DNA of 27,412 nucleotides from Candidatus Hermodarchaeota archaeon. GTDB lineage: Archaea; Asgardarchaeota; Heimdallarchaeia; Hodarchaeales; Hodarchaeaceae. The DNA lies in NCBI GenBank assembly GCA_048886185.1, contig JBHLKY010000035.1:1-27412 (forward strand), in the 5' to 3' direction. Within the stretch, counting starts at the first letter, position 1, and every line of letters starts with the position of its first letter. The notes under the pieces were generated by a model, which saw only the letters and a program-made list of their open reading frames with translations, was not told the origin of the DNA and did no database searches. The position numbers and the translations under genes were made by a program. Below, piece after piece: positions 27,203-27,412 of this stretch.

Positions 27203-27412
27203 TTAACGAATACTCTTTCGCTTGGTGATGAAAATAATCAAGCTTAATCCTATTATTGTAGAGAAAATAGTTCCAAAGTTGGTAGGGGAGTTTGATTCAG
27301 ACCGTCCAAGATGTAAAAATACAATATAATCATCTAAAACGAAGATTTTTTGAGACCGTATCCCTGTTTTTGCAACGGTTTCAACCTCGTGAGTAGTAAT
27401 ATCGTATTTGTA
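27203..27412 (-). CDS. 3' end of a membrane-anchored surface protein with CTERM-like tail; begins beyond the window
   Basis: Not in the ORF track. Open for 69 codons from the window end: YKYDITTHEVETVAKTGIRSQKIFVLDDYIVFLHLGRSESNSPTNFGTIFSTIIGLSLIIFITKRKSIR*. Confidence 0.75.
   Translation of the reverse strand, partial: YKYDITTHEVETVAKTGIRSQKIFVLDDYIVFLHLGRSESNSPTNFGTIFSTIIGLSLIIFITKRKSIR

Noticed and set aside
1-27412. tRNA, rRNA and intact transposase or integrase genes
   Set aside because: No cloverleaf or T-loop context, no rRNA-like stretch, and no DDE, HUH or tyrosine-recombinase ORF seen by eye; a covariance-model scan would be needed to exclude small RNAs.

Overview
AT-rich, gene-dense prokaryotic window that most resembles an Asgard archaeon (Heimdallarchaeia/Hodarchaeales-like). 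This is an inference from paralogous long winged-helix regulators, a TPR-type N-terminus, archaeal AbrB-PIN toxin-antitoxin and HTH proteins, and surface proteins with PGF-CTERM-like tails; no marker gene is present to confirm it. The standout gene is a full-length homologue of eukaryotic prenylcysteine oxidase (2758-4065) with no signal peptide. Also present: a bacterial-type PlsC acyltransferase, a CruF-like membrane protein, a KNTase-like nucleotidyltransferase with an apparently duplicated helical domain, MFS and MacB/LolCDE-type transporters, an RHH plus 7TM gene pair, vapBC, MazG-like, GNAT and SnoaL-like genes, and a probable operon with 14-repeat and 7-repeat beta-propeller-like surface proteins. 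Intergenic DNA carries a dispersed, degenerate ~130-140 bp two-part repeat (12276-12412 and 22235-22375, with orphan halves near 4107, 8857 and 9311); its right part forms the aberrant 3' ends of two ORFs. I found no tRNA, rRNA, CRISPR array or intact transposase. All homology calls come from motif recognition and recalled family sequences, not from database searches.
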